DNA of 64,000 bases from an uncultured Bdellovibrio sp. (GTDB lineage Bacteria > Bdellovibrionota > Bdellovibrionia > Bdellovibrionales > Bdellovibrionaceae): contig CAWVRN010000027.1 of assembly GCA_963932905.1 (NCBI GenBank), positions 55 through 64,054 of the forward strand, read 5' to 3'. The notes beneath the pieces were generated by a model. The model had not been told where the DNA came from. It made no database searches and saw only the letters and a program-made list of their open reading frames with translations. Positions 45,156 to 54,927 of the stretch are shown here, in pieces. Within the stretch, counting starts at the first letter, position 1, and every line of letters begins with the position of its first letter. The translations under genes were made by a program, and so were the position numbers.

Positions 45156-46220
45156 TCATCCCGCTTTATTTTTACGTTTTTTAGCAGATGCAGTAGACGT
45201 GGCCTCTGTTTTTCTCTTTTTAGATGACTCTGTAACGGCGGCTTCTTTTGCCTTGTTATTCTGACGTTCCAACGCTTCTTCAGAACTTTTGTTTTTGTAA
45301 TAACATACTTTGTTGCGGCCATTTTCTTTAGCTTCGTACAATGCATGGTCCGCACGACGAACAAGTTCTTTTGGAGAAATATTTTCGTATGGGTCCGTCA
45401 CTGCAAAACCAACGGAAATAGTAAGTTGTATTTCATCATCCCCACTGCGGAATGTGGTACCTTCTACCGATTTACGAAGACGCTCACAGTAAAAAAGAGC
45501 GCCGTCGAAATTAACCTCGGTTAATACGATTAAAAATTCATCTCCACCGTACCGAGCCGGAATGTCGATATTACGAGTATTGGCGCGAACAATTTTGCCC
45601 ATCTCAGAGATAACGAAACTACCAAATAAATGGTCATGCCCATCGTTAACACCTTTGAAGTGATCCATATCAAACATGATCACGCACACTTGACGACCGA
45701 AACGACGCGCACGTTGCAACTCGAACTCAAGTTTTTGGTACAGCGAGCGCATATTCAGAAGACCTGTTAAGTCATCTGTGTCTGCAAGCTCTTTCAGCTT
45801 TTCATTGGCGTACATTAATTGCTCTTGTAAATCGCGGATACGTAGATGAGTCCGAACACGTGCTAGCAATTCAAGCGGAACAAACGGTTTCACGATATAA
45901 TCGTCAGCACCGCTGTCTAAGCCTAAAATGATAGATTCTGTTGATGACTCGTCACTCAATAACAACAATGAAGCAAATGGACGAATTTCACGAATTTTTG
46001 CGATAGCGCGGATGCGTTGATCTTTGTCTTTGAAATCAACAACGATGATAGCCGGCATCCATGAATCGATAACGCGAATTCCTTCTTCCAGCGAATCCAC
46101 GCCCACGGCGTTGTAGCCTTCCCATTTTAATGGCTCCAAGATGACGTCTATCCCCTGGGGGTCGTCATCGATAACCAAAATTTTTCTAGATTTCGCGGGC
46201 CGTTCAATATCTTGAGACAT
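45156..46220 (-). CDS. Response regulator with GGDEF diguanylate cyclase output
   Basis: 354 aa. The REC domain reads ILVIDDD...KP, followed by a coiled linker. It has the RYGGDEF active site and an RxxD-like site, then a Lys-rich C-terminal tail. Confidence 0.9.
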   Translation of the reverse strand: MSQDIERPAKSRKILVIDDDPQGIDVILEPLKWEGYNAVGVDSLEEGIRVIDSWMPAIIVVDFKDKDQRIRAIAKIREIRPFASLLLLSDESSTESIILGLDSGADDYIVKPFVPLELLARVRTHLRIRDLQEQLMYANEKLKELADTDDLTGLLNMRSLYQKLEFELQRARRFGRQVCVIMFDMDHFKGVNDGHDHLFGSFVISEMGKIVRANTRNIDIPARYGGDEFLIVLTEVNFDGALFYCERLRKSVEGTTFRSGDDEIQLTISVGFAVTDPYENISPKELVRRADHALYEAKENGRNKVCYYKNKSSEEALERQNNKAKEAAVTESSKKRKTEATSTASAKKRKNKAG

Positions 46221-46345
46221 CTCCCTAGTTTACGGCACAATTTGGCCAGAACAATAGATCCAGGTCGGCCAAAGTCCACCTAATCTGTCCCTCCGTCCGG
46301 TATTTTCTGATTGAAGATTTCGTAAGAAAAATCTAGTATTCCCAC

Positions 46346-48748
46346 ATGAATAATTCTCACGAACTCGAAAAAAAATGGCAGGCCCAATGGGCCAAAGAAA
46401 ACGCATTCAAAGCTGACCCAAAGTCGACTAAACCAAAGTACTACGCATTAGACATGTTTCCGTATCCGTCGGGAACAGGATTGCACGTGGGCCATGCGGC
46501 TTCGTATATGCCGACAGAAGTCATTTCACGTTACAAACGCGCCAAGGGATTCAATGTCCTACACCCAATGGGATATGATGCGTTTGGTTTGCCGGCAGAA
46601 CAATTTGCCATCCAAACCGGAATTCACCCAGCAATTACAACCGAAAAAGCTATAGGTAATTTCCGCCGCCAATTACAATGTGTGGGTTTAAGCTTCGATT
46701 GGAGTCGCGAGATTTCAACGTGTGAACCAAAGTACTACAAATGGACTCAGTACATTTTCACAAAACTCTATGAACGTGGACTAGCTTACCAAAAAGAAGT
46801 TCCTGTTAACTGGTGTCCGGCTTTAAAAACAGTTCTAGCCAACGAAGAAGTTGTAGACGGAAAAAGTGAACGTGGTGGTCACCCTGTTATCCGAATGCCG
46901 ATGAAACAGTGGATGCTGAAGATCACTGACTACGCAGATCGCTTAGCCACAGATCTTGACCTGATTGATTGGCCAGAAAGAACAAAAGAGGGCCAAAGAA
47001 ATTGGATTGGTAAATCAGAAGGCGCAAAAGTCGATTTTGAACTTCAAGGATCAAAAGAAAAAATCACTGTGTTCACTACTCGCCCCGACACTTTATTTGG
47101 CGTAACGTTCATGGTACTAGCACCAGAAAATCCGATCGTACCAAAAATTTCTACAGCGGCTGAATTACCAAAAGTTCAAGCTTACATTCAAAAGACATTG
47201 GCTAAATCTGAGGTTGACAGAAAGGCAAACACTGAAAAAACGGGTCAATTCACTGGCGCGTATGCAATCCATCCGCTGACTCAAAAGCCAGTGCCTATAT
47301 GGATCAGCGATTACGTTCTAAATGACTATGGAACTGGTGCAATTATGGCGGTTCCGGCTCACGACACTCGAGATTTTGAATTCGCGCAAGCCTTCAAACT
47401 CGATATCATCCCCGTTCTTCAAGCTCCGAACAATGAGTCGCTTCCGTTCGAAGGCGACGGTAAATTAATCAACAGTGATTTTCTAAATGGCTTAGATAAA
47501 AAATCGGCGATTCAAAAAATGAATCAACATTTGGAAGCTACAAAGAAAGGTCAAAAAGAAGTTCAGTATAAACTGCGTGACTGGCTATTTTCGCGCCAAC
47601 GCTATTGGGGTGAACCGTTCCCAATAGTTCGCTTCCCTGAAAAAGGTTTAGCGGCATTGCCAAAAAATGAACTTCCCGTTTTATTGCCCGATGTAGCCGA
47701 CTACGAACCAACTGAAAAAGGCGAGCCACCATTGGCCCGCGTTCCTTCGTTCGTAAATTACAAATCACCAGATGGCCAGGTAGGAGTTCGTGAAACAGAC
47801 ACGATGCCTGGCTCCGCAGGATCATCATGGTACTTCCTACGATTCACAGATCCTCACAACGAAAATGAGCCATTTTCGCAAGAAGCTCAAAAATATTGGA
47901 TGCCCGTCGATTTATACGTTGGGGGACCTGAACATACCGTCGGTCACTTGCTGTACGCACGCTTCTGGCAAAAAGTTCTGTTTGATGCGGGCTTAGTTTC
48001 CCACCCCGAGCCATTCAAAAAATTAGCTCATCAAGGGATGATCTTAGGAAAAGACGGCGAAAAAATGTCTAAATCTCGTGGCAACGTAGAACCGCTTGAG
48101 GAAGTAATTGAAAAATATGGCGCCGATACTGTGCGAACATTCATTTGCTTCCTGGGACCCATGGACAAAGACAAAGCTTGGTCACCAACTGGCGTCGACG
48201 GGGTAAAACGATTCCTTGATCGAGTTTCTCGTCTTGTGTTTGATGACAATGGCGGCGTGATCGCGAAAGACATACCGATGTCCGACGACCTAAAGAAATC
48301 TTTGCACAAAACTATTAAAAAAGTGACTAACGATATCGAAACAATGGGATTTAATACGGCTGTCAGTCAGATGATGATTTTAGTGAACGAAATCTACAAA
48401 CAAGAAACTCGTCCTAAAGAGTTAATGCTGACTCTATCGCAATTGTTAATGCCGTTTGCTCCTCACTTGGCCGAAGAAATCTGGCACAAGCTGGGTGGAC
48501 AAGGATTTGTGTCCTTAGCGCCATGGCCAAATTACGACGAGGCCCTGTGCAAGGATGACAAAATTACATTGGGTGTACAAGTAAACGGCAAGATGCGCGG
48601 AACGATCGAAGTTAGCCCCGAAGAGGCTCAGGATTCGGCTGTGGCGCTTGCGATGCAAGTGGCGACTGTAACAAATGCGCTGGGTGGAAAAACACCTGAC
48701 AAAATTATTTACAAAGCGGGCAAAATTTTAAATATGATCGTGAAATAG
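46346..48748 (+). CDS. leuS: Leucyl-tRNA synthetase
   Basis: 800 aa with HIGH-type (PYPSGTGLHVGH) and KMSKS (EKMSKSRGN) motifs. Confidence 0.95.
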   Translation: MNNSHELEKKWQAQWAKENAFKADPKSTKPKYYALDMFPYPSGTGLHVGHAASYMPTEVISRYKRAKGFNVLHPMGYDAFGLPAEQFAIQTGIHPAITTEKAIGNFRRQLQCVGLSFDWSREISTCEPKYYKWTQYIFTKLYERGLAYQKEVPVNWCPALKTVLANEEVVDGKSERGGHPVIRMPMKQWMLKITDYADRLATDLDLIDWPERTKEGQRNWIGKSEGAKVDFELQGSKEKITVFTTRPDTLFGVTFMVLAPENPIVPKISTAAELPKVQAYIQKTLAKSEVDRKANTEKTGQFTGAYAIHPLTQKPVPIWISDYVLNDYGTGAIMAVPAHDTRDFEFAQAFKLDIIPVLQAPNNESLPFEGDGKLINSDFLNGLDKKSAIQKMNQHLEATKKGQKEVQYKLRDWLFSRQRYWGEPFPIVRFPEKGLAALPKNELPVLLPDVADYEPTEKGEPPLARVPSFVNYKSPDGQVGVRETDTMPGSAGSSWYFLRFTDPHNENEPFSQEAQKYWMPVDLYVGGPEHTVGHLLYARFWQKVLFDAGLVSHPEPFKKLAHQGMILGKDGEKMSKSRGNVEPLEEVIEKYGADTVRTFICFLGPMDKDKAWSPTGVDGVKRFLDRVSRLVFDDNGGVIAKDIPMSDDLKKSLHKTIKKVTNDIETMGFNTAVSQMMILVNEIYKQETRPKELMLTLSQLLMPFAPHLAEEIWHKLGGQGFVSLAPWPNYDEALCKDDKITLGVQVNGKMRGTIEVSPEEAQDSAVALAMQVATVTNALGGKTPDKIIYKAGKILNMIVK

Positions 48749-48840
48749 TCTTGCGGTGACGGGGTTTTTAAAATACAAACAATTTCGTTTAACAATTTAA
48801 AGAAATAGCAGCCTCACCGGCTGCAGTTACAAGGGGCGCG

Positions 48841-50829
48841 ATGGAAAACAAATCCACTCATGAAACGACGTTAGTATCTGAAAACTCTCTTCCCGTTCAA
48901 AGCAAATCGAACCCTTTAAAAACTGAGCCGTGGACTCCAGAAGAAAGTGCTGAGCTTTATGGAATCAACAACTGGGGAAATGGTTACTACCGAGTTAATG
49001 CAAATGGAAATGTTCAAATCACTCCGACTGGCGCCAATGGCCCTTCTGTGGACCTTCACGAGCTAACTCAAGATTTATTAGATCGCGGTATTCGTGTTCC
49101 TATCATGATCCGCTTCACCGACATTATCAAAGCCCGAGTTCAATTACTTTATAACTGTTTTAACAAAGCCATCTCTGAATTTGGCTATAAAGCTGAATAC
49201 AACGGCGTTTACCCAGTTAAAGTGAACCAACAACGTCACCTAGTTCAAGATATCGTTCACTTCGGTAAAGACACGCGTTTAGGTCTTGAGTGTGGTTCAA
49301 AACCAGAATTACTGGTTGTTTTGGCATTAATGAATAATCCAGATGGCGTTATCATCTGCAACGGTTTCAAAGATATCGAGTACATCGAAACAGCGATTCT
49401 TTCTCAGAAGCTTGGAAAAAGAACGATCATCGTAGTGGACCGCAAAGAAGAATTGAAAATGATCATCCAAGTGGCGAAGAAATTTAACACTCGCCCAAAA
49501 ATTGGTTTCCGTGCAAAACTAAATACTCAAGGTGCGGGTAAATGGGTGGATTCTTCGGGTGCCCGATCAAAATTCGGCTTAACTGCAATGGAAATCGTTG
49601 AAGGGATCGAGCTTTTAAAAGCAGAAAACATGATCGACTGTCTTGAGCTCCTTCACTACCATATCGGATCCCAAGTTCCTTCCATCCAAAGTATCAAGTC
49701 ATCATTAAAAGAAGGCGCGCGTTTCTATACTGAAATCCATCAAATGGGCGCAACGGGCCTTAAATACATCGACGTAGGCGGTGGTTTAGGCGTGGATTAT
49801 GATGGAACTGGTCACTCTGATTCATCAATCAATTATTCTGAACAAGAATATGCCAACGACGTCGTTTCTATTCTTCAAGCCCTTTGCGATGAAAAAAATA
49901 TTCCTCATCCAAATATCGTAACGGAATCTGGTCGTGCATTAGTTGCGCATCACTCGGTGTTAATTTTCAACGTACTGGGCGTCAATCACTTACATAGAAG
50001 CGCACCTCCGCGCCTAGTGACGAAAAAAGATCCCGGCATTATGCAAGATCTTCAGTACATATACGAAAAAGTGAATCGTGATAATATTAACGAATGCTTC
50101 AACGATTTAACTCAATCAAAACAAGAAACACTTCAGTTATTCACATATGGCGTTCTAAATTTAGAACAACGTGCTTGGTGTGAAACTATGTATTTTTCGA
50201 TCGCAACAAAAATGCTTCAAATCGCTAAAACGGCTTCTGACGTGGAAGATATCGAAGCAACTCTTCGCCAAGAGTTATGCGATACTTATTACTGCAATTT
50301 CTCGGTATTCCAATCGGTTCCAGATTCATGGGCTGTGGGACAACTGTTCCCAGTTATGCCAATCCACCGTTTGAAAGAAGAACCGCACCACGAAGCTACA
50401 TTAGCGGACTTAACTTGCGATTCAGATGGTAAAATCGAAAAATTCATCGATTCTAAAACTGGTCAGTACAAGCAGACACTTCAAATCCACGAAGTGAAAG
50501 AGAACGAACCGTACTACCTAGGCGTATTCTTAACAGGCGCTTACCAAGAGATTCTGGGCGATTTGCACAATCTATTCGGCGATACAGATGCCGTTCATGT
50601 TTCTATCGGCCCAGCTGGCTACACAATTGATCATTACGTTCCAGGCGACACTGTGACTGAGGTTCTTTCTTACGTTCAGTACGACCGTAATAAGATGATT
50701 GATAACGTTCGTCAGGCCTCTGAAGAATTCATCCAAAAAGGCAGCATCTCTAAACAGGAAGCAAAGCTATTAATTAAGCATTATGAAGAAGGTTTATCAG
50801 GTTATACATACCTAGAGGACTTAGAGTAA
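48841..50829 (+). CDS. speA: Biosynthetic arginine decarboxylase
   Basis: 662 aa. The YPVKVNQQ PLP-lysine region, GGGLGVDYDG, and the size and layout match SpeA. Confidence 0.9.
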   Translation: MENKSTHETTLVSENSLPVQSKSNPLKTEPWTPEESAELYGINNWGNGYYRVNANGNVQITPTGANGPSVDLHELTQDLLDRGIRVPIMIRFTDIIKARVQLLYNCFNKAISEFGYKAEYNGVYPVKVNQQRHLVQDIVHFGKDTRLGLECGSKPELLVVLALMNNPDGVIICNGFKDIEYIETAILSQKLGKRTIIVVDRKEELKMIIQVAKKFNTRPKIGFRAKLNTQGAGKWVDSSGARSKFGLTAMEIVEGIELLKAENMIDCLELLHYHIGSQVPSIQSIKSSLKEGARFYTEIHQMGATGLKYIDVGGGLGVDYDGTGHSDSSINYSEQEYANDVVSILQALCDEKNIPHPNIVTESGRALVAHHSVLIFNVLGVNHLHRSAPPRLVTKKDPGIMQDLQYIYEKVNRDNINECFNDLTQSKQETLQLFTYGVLNLEQRAWCETMYFSIATKMLQIAKTASDVEDIEATLRQELCDTYYCNFSVFQSVPDSWAVGQLFPVMPIHRLKEEPHHEATLADLTCDSDGKIEKFIDSKTGQYKQTLQIHEVKENEPYYLGVFLTGAYQEILGDLHNLFGDTDAVHVSIGPAGYTIDHYVPGDTVTEVLSYVQYDRNKMIDNVRQASEEFIQKGSISKQEAKLLIKHYEEGLSGYTYLEDLE

Positions 50830-50865
50830 TTTGCAGATTGTGCTCCTTTGGTGGAGCAATAAAAA

Positions 50866-50889
50866 AATGGCGCTATAAATAGCGCCATT
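50866..50889. terminator. Bidirectional rho-independent terminator
   Basis: AATGGCGCTAT-aa-ATAGCGCCATT is a perfect stem flanked by A7 and T7 runs. It lies between convergent speA and the 50920 gene. Confidence 0.75.
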
Positions 50890-50919
50890 TTTTTGAAGAT
50901 TTAAACTAAAAAATTCGAA

Positions 50920-51324
50920 CTACAGACACTTATATGTTGAAGACGCTTGAATTTTAGCTGCCTTGAACACTAAATGTAATTTGCCTCTTTTAGATTTATC
51001 AGGTGTTGGTCTTGCTGAAGAGGATACATCTAAAGTTAAAGCTACATCGCCGCTATCAAAAGTATAAGAATCGCCACCCATACGTCGTACGACCTGTACT
51101 GGCATTACTTGGCCTTGAACCGCTTCAGGCTGAACAAGAAGAAAATTTTTGCTTACAGAGCTACATACGGTAATTGTTTTCGCAAACTGTGCTGCGACTT
51201 CATGATCACCGGGAGCTGGAGTTGATGTACAAACACCGACTGATTTAGTACCAATTGGGCAAACAAGTGGTCCTGCAAAAACGGACGTCGTTACCAGAAC
51301 TAGTGATAAAACTAATGATTTCAT
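50920..51324 (-). CDS. Small secreted hypothetical protein
   Basis: I moved the start to MKSLVLSLVLVTTSVFA (ATG 51324), which is a signal peptide. Confidence 0.5.
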   Translation of the reverse strand: MKSLVLSLVLVTTSVFAGPLVCPIGTKSVGVCTSTPAPGDHEVAAQFAKTITVCSSVSKNFLLVQPEAVQGQVMPVQVVRRMGGDSYTFDSGDVALTLDVSSSARPTPDKSKRGKLHLVFKAAKIQASSTYKCL

Positions 51325-51431
51325 ATGGCCTCGGGGGTTACTGGTTTGATTACAGTAACAACTGTAATCCATCGCCCCCGGGGAACTCAGCTGTCAGATT
51401 TTAGACAGGGAAAAAATACATGAACTGACAA

Positions 51432-52376
51432 CTAGCGACTGCGCTCGGCGCTCGGTTTGCCTCCTTGACCACGCCTATGTCGGGCTCCATTGCTGATCTC
51501 TGCCGCTTCTGACTTATTAAATGCAGTAACACTTTCATTACAAACCCAATTATCTAATAAATCACCCTCAGGTGTCAGCCCAAACTGCTTATAGTATTTT
51601 TCACCGCGAAACGCCTGAGCTCTATATTCACAGTCATTCTGCCTGCTCTCATTTTCTTGCTTTCTATATTTAGGATAGTCCTCTTCACCTTTAGGGGCCC
51701 TAGGTGTAAATTCCATTTTTATAGAATCTAAAGCACACACATTATTAACCACTTTGAAATTATAAATTCGTTTATATTCGCCTGGTTGCGCCGCTCCTCC
51801 CGTTCCATATTCCTTGCGCTGTTCAAATGAAGGAACTCGGTCTGCGCCAGCAACAGTTAAAGTCCACGTTTCTTCGGTAGTCTTTTTGTCCACTTTCGAC
51901 GATGCATAAATGGCATTAGCACTGGCAAAACCAGGCCCCTTTCCAGGGTTAACAATAGTGAAATGAAAATTCGGCTGTCCACTACCCAGTAAAGTTAATG
52001 CCATACTTGTTTTTACAGAAGCATCTGGTTTTTTCAGACTACCAAGACCACGATTTGCTAAAATTTTATTCGCAAAATCCGTGCACGTAGTTTTATTAGG
52101 CACTTCTCGTAGGCTACCAAATAAAGGTGCATTGCCTTTCATGCCTTTACAATATGCGTTTTTTGCCTTCTCGATACAGGCGTCGTTAGCTTCTTTGACA
52201 ATGTCTTTGCATGAATTCACAATTTCGGCAGATCCTTCAGGACTCACTGCTGTGGCCTTTGCTTCGGCATCTACGCAGTAGAAATAGCGCTGGGTCGACT
52301 TTGTGCTCTTAGAATCTTTAGCGAACAAAAAATCACTCGCACCTAGCACCAACAATACTGAACAAACAACTTTCAC
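51432..52376 (-). CDS. Secreted hypothetical protein
   Basis: The likely start is GTG 52376, preceded by AAGGAG. It encodes VKVVCSVLLVLGASDFLFA, a signal peptide. The track ORF extends 17 codons further upstream. Confidence 0.5.
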   Translation of the reverse strand: MKVVCSVLLVLGASDFLFAKDSKSTKSTQRYFYCVDAEAKATAVSPEGSAEIVNSCKDIVKEANDACIEKAKNAYCKGMKGNAPLFGSLREVPNKTTCTDFANKILANRGLGSLKKPDASVKTSMALTLLGSGQPNFHFTIVNPGKGPGFASANAIYASSKVDKKTTEETWTLTVAGADRVPSFEQRKEYGTGGAAQPGEYKRIYNFKVVNNVCALDSIKMEFTPRAPKGEEDYPKYRKQENESRQNDCEYRAQAFRGEKYYKQFGLTPEGDLLDNWVCNESVTAFNKSEAAEISNGARHRRGQGGKPSAERSR

Positions 52377-52538
52377 AGAAATCTCCTTTTCAGACGCTGA
52401 CTTAGTCGTTTCGGCAGAATGGATCACTTCTTAATAGGACTCTACTTAGAGCTAGGGACGAAGCCAAAAAAAGCCCCTCGATTTTCATCGAAGGGCTATA
52501 ATAAAAACTTAAAATTTAAAACTTACTAAACTGGAAAA

Positions 52539-54449
52539 TTATTTTCCAACATTTCCGTTTTTCATTTCAGTCATACCCTGTTGGATACGAGACTGAAATT
52601 CATTTTCCATTTCAATCAAGTTGTTAGCAGAAAGACTTAGAGTCGTTCCCGCTGGGCAGCTTGTACCTTTTGCTGAAACTACTTTTAGTTCAGCAATTGG
52701 ATTTTGAGCCGTCGGTTGGTTAGTTAAGCGTAGAACATCGCCTTCGTCTAATTGACATTGACCACCGCTAGACTCTTCAACCGTTAAGTCCGAGTGAACA
52801 ACCATCAAGCGGCCCGCAGTCAAGATTTGAGCTGGGTCCATTGTCGAGTTGTTTTGAACCGCTGATTGTTGTTGTCTAAGAGCTTGTTCAACTTGAGAAC
52901 GAATTTCTTCTTTGATTTGTTCGTTCAAAGCGACTTGGTTGTATTGTTGTTGAACCGCAAGAACTTCGTTATCCGCTGCAATACGGTCGTAGTTAGATTG
53001 GATCAATGACATTAACAAGTAGTCTGTTAACCAATACGCTGGAGAGTAGTAGTTAACATATGGACGATAATAGCTGTTGTACCAAGGATTGTAACTCCAG
53101 TGCCAAGTGTAAAGAACCGGACGTGACCATGCCGTTAAAGTCCAGTTGTAGTAGCCGTAATCATAGTATGACGGGCGATAGAAATATGAAGGGTATCCGT
53201 AGTAGTTATTTTGAACATACACAGTTGTGTAGTTGTTGTTGTACTGACGGTAAATCACTGGCCTGTTGTTCCAGGTAGAGTACTTCTCTTGGTATACAGT
53301 TTTACCATAACGATCTTGTTGGTATCTTAAACCATCACGAGTTCTGATTTCAGAAACACCACTTTTGTACTTAGTAACAACGTCACCATTTGCACGGCGT
53401 TCAGTATCGCTGATTTTAACTTCTTTACCAGTTCTGTCGTAACGGATTGATTCTTTACGAGTGTTTCCGTTTTTGTCTATGAAAGTATGAGTGTAGCCTC
53501 TACCATCTTTGTGAACTTTATCCGTAGTTCCATCTGCACGAACACGGCTTTGTCCCGGCTGCAGTTCTTTTAAAAGAACAGTACCGTTTTTGTTAGTTTG
53601 TGGTTGGTTATTCGAGTATCCACCATTGTACTTTGGTTGAACTGGTTTTCCAATGTCATACTTAGGTTTTGAATAAGTGTAGTCATTGTATTTGTAGTTA
53701 GAAGACGAACCATAGTTTGGTTTGCTTGAACTTGAAGACGACGACGAACCAGAGTTACCTTTTGGAGACGATGAGTTTCCATAAGTTACTGTCGGTGCAT
53801 TGTATTTATAATTAGAAGATGATGAACCATAACTTGGAGTTGAATAAGTAGGCTTGCTGGAAGAACCGCTGTTACTTGGAGTTACAGTTGGTTTTGGAGT
53901 CGACTTATTGAAAGTGTAGTCATTGTATTTGTAACTAGAAGATGAACCACCATAATTCGGAGTCGTAGACTTAGAAGAAGAAGATGATGATGAACCATAG
54001 CTAGGAGTTGAATAAGTAGGTTTGCTGCTAGAAGAAGACGAACCATAATTGTAGCTAGATGAAGAGCCACCATAGTTTGGTTTGCTGCTAGAAGAAGAAC
54101 CGTAAGAACTGCTTTTTGAAGACGACGAGTTGCCATATGTAACCGTCGGAGCATTGTATTTATAGCTAGATGAAGATCCGCCATAATTTGGTTTGCTGCT
54201 GCTAGAATAGCTTGATGAGCTACCTTTACTTGAGCTGCCGTAAGAAGAGCCGGAGCCGTAAGAAGATCCACCGCTGCTTTTTGAAGACGATGAGTTTCCA
54301 TAAGTTACTGTCGGAGCATTGTACTTATAGCTAGATGAAGATCCGCCATAATTTGGCGTGCTGCTAGGTTTTTTGTTATCCGCGTGGGCAGAGAACGCAA
54401 ACATAGAAGCAACAACCGCTAACGAAAGAACATTCAATGTGTTTTTCAT
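52539..54449 (-). CDS. Secreted Ser/Tyr/Gly/Asn-rich repeat protein with an aromatic-rich C-terminal domain
   Basis: 636 aa with a signal peptide (..FAFSAHA). Residues 27-262 are low-complexity repeats of PNYGGSSSSYKYNAPTVTYGNSSS. The C-terminal half is non-repetitive and rich in Y and W. Confidence 0.7.
   Translation of the reverse strand: MKNTLNVLSLAVVASMFAFSAHADNKKPSSTPNYGGSSSSYKYNAPTVTYGNSSSSKSSGGSSYGSGSSYGSSSKGSSSSYSSSSKPNYGGSSSSYKYNAPTVTYGNSSSSKSSSYGSSSSSKPNYGGSSSSYNYGSSSSSSKPTYSTPSYGSSSSSSSKSTTPNYGGSSSSYKYNDYTFNKSTPKPTVTPSNSGSSSKPTYSTPSYGSSSSNYKYNAPTVTYGNSSSPKGNSGSSSSSSSSKPNYGSSSNYKYNDYTYSKPKYDIGKPVQPKYNGGYSNNQPQTNKNGTVLLKELQPGQSRVRADGTTDKVHKDGRGYTHTFIDKNGNTRKESIRYDRTGKEVKISDTERRANGDVVTKYKSGVSEIRTRDGLRYQQDRYGKTVYQEKYSTWNNRPVIYRQYNNNYTTVYVQNNYYGYPSYFYRPSYYDYGYYNWTLTAWSRPVLYTWHWSYNPWYNSYYRPYVNYYSPAYWLTDYLLMSLIQSNYDRIAADNEVLAVQQQYNQVALNEQIKEEIRSQVEQALRQQQSAVQNNSTMDPAQILTAGRLMVVHSDLTVEESSGGQCQLDEGDVLRLTNQPTAQNPIAELKVVSAKGTSCPAGTTLSLSANNLIEMENEFQSRIQQGMTEMKNGNVGK
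53664..54371 (-). repeat. Coding tandem/dispersed repeats within the Ser-rich gene
   Basis: The motif YKYNAPTVTYGNSSS recurs at residues about 41, 96 and 215. Out-of-frame track ORFs starting at 53782 and 54301 both begin METHRLQK, 519 nt apart, which confirms repetition at the DNA level. Confidence 0.8.
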
Positions 54450-54501
54450 AATGTTACCTTTTTGGTTTGGTTATAATAAGTTAATTGGACCCCCGCTTTA
54501 T

Positions 54502-54518
54502 TTGCCAAAAATTGGCAA
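54502..54518. promoter_or_regulatory. Perfect palindrome TTGCCAA-AAA-TTGGCAA (candidate operator)
   Basis: Read directly. It lies 53-69 nt upstream of the Ser-rich gene ATG, inside a 445-nt non-coding divergent region. Confidence 0.3.
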
Positions 54519-54927
54519 ATTGCAATAGCAATATGACAGTAATCTTTACCTGGCAAAATTCTTAACAGGTGGATTTTACAAAGGAAACTGGTGCAAAAAG
54601 GACCAACGTTGCTGGGGTCACTTTGCTCGCCGATGCAAGCGACGATTATCCAATCAAAAACACTCACGAATTAGTAAACAAATTGAATCAATCTAAGATG
54701 CGCTCACACCAACGATTTGCGGTGATTGCATTATGACACCAACTCCAACGTTTTTTCCGATGTCTCAACATGATACAAAGTTTACACATTCAAAAAGTTA
54801 TGATGCGAAACGTTTACAAATTTCGTCTCTGAAATTCACTTTCTCAGAGTGAAACACGCGGCGATGATTAAACGAGTTTCCACAGGCATGCCTCTTGTAC
54901 TTAGGTATTGGCAAGAGGAACACAATT

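Noticed and set aside
44840-45364. The 174-aa track ORF overlaps the last 209 nt of the REC-GGDEF gene in another frame.
   Set aside because: The overlapping N-terminal part is Lys/Arg-rich, mirroring the A-rich tail of the GGDEF gene. A start at ATG 45133 removes the overlap. Even the shortened 97-aa ORF is only weakly supported.
53570-54301. Two track ORFs (53570-53782 and 53882-54301) both begin METHRLQK, which suggested a duplicated small gene.
   Set aside because: They are the same-strand, out-of-frame reading of the Ser-rich repeat gene. Their similarity only reflects the 519-nt-spaced DNA repeat of that gene.
54446-54667. A 73-aa track ORF lies in the long intergenic region upstream of the Ser-rich gene.
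   Set aside because: It has no RBS or recognisable features, and its last 4 nt (the TGA stop) overlap the start codon of the 52539-54449 gene. I treat the region as non-coding or regulatory instead.
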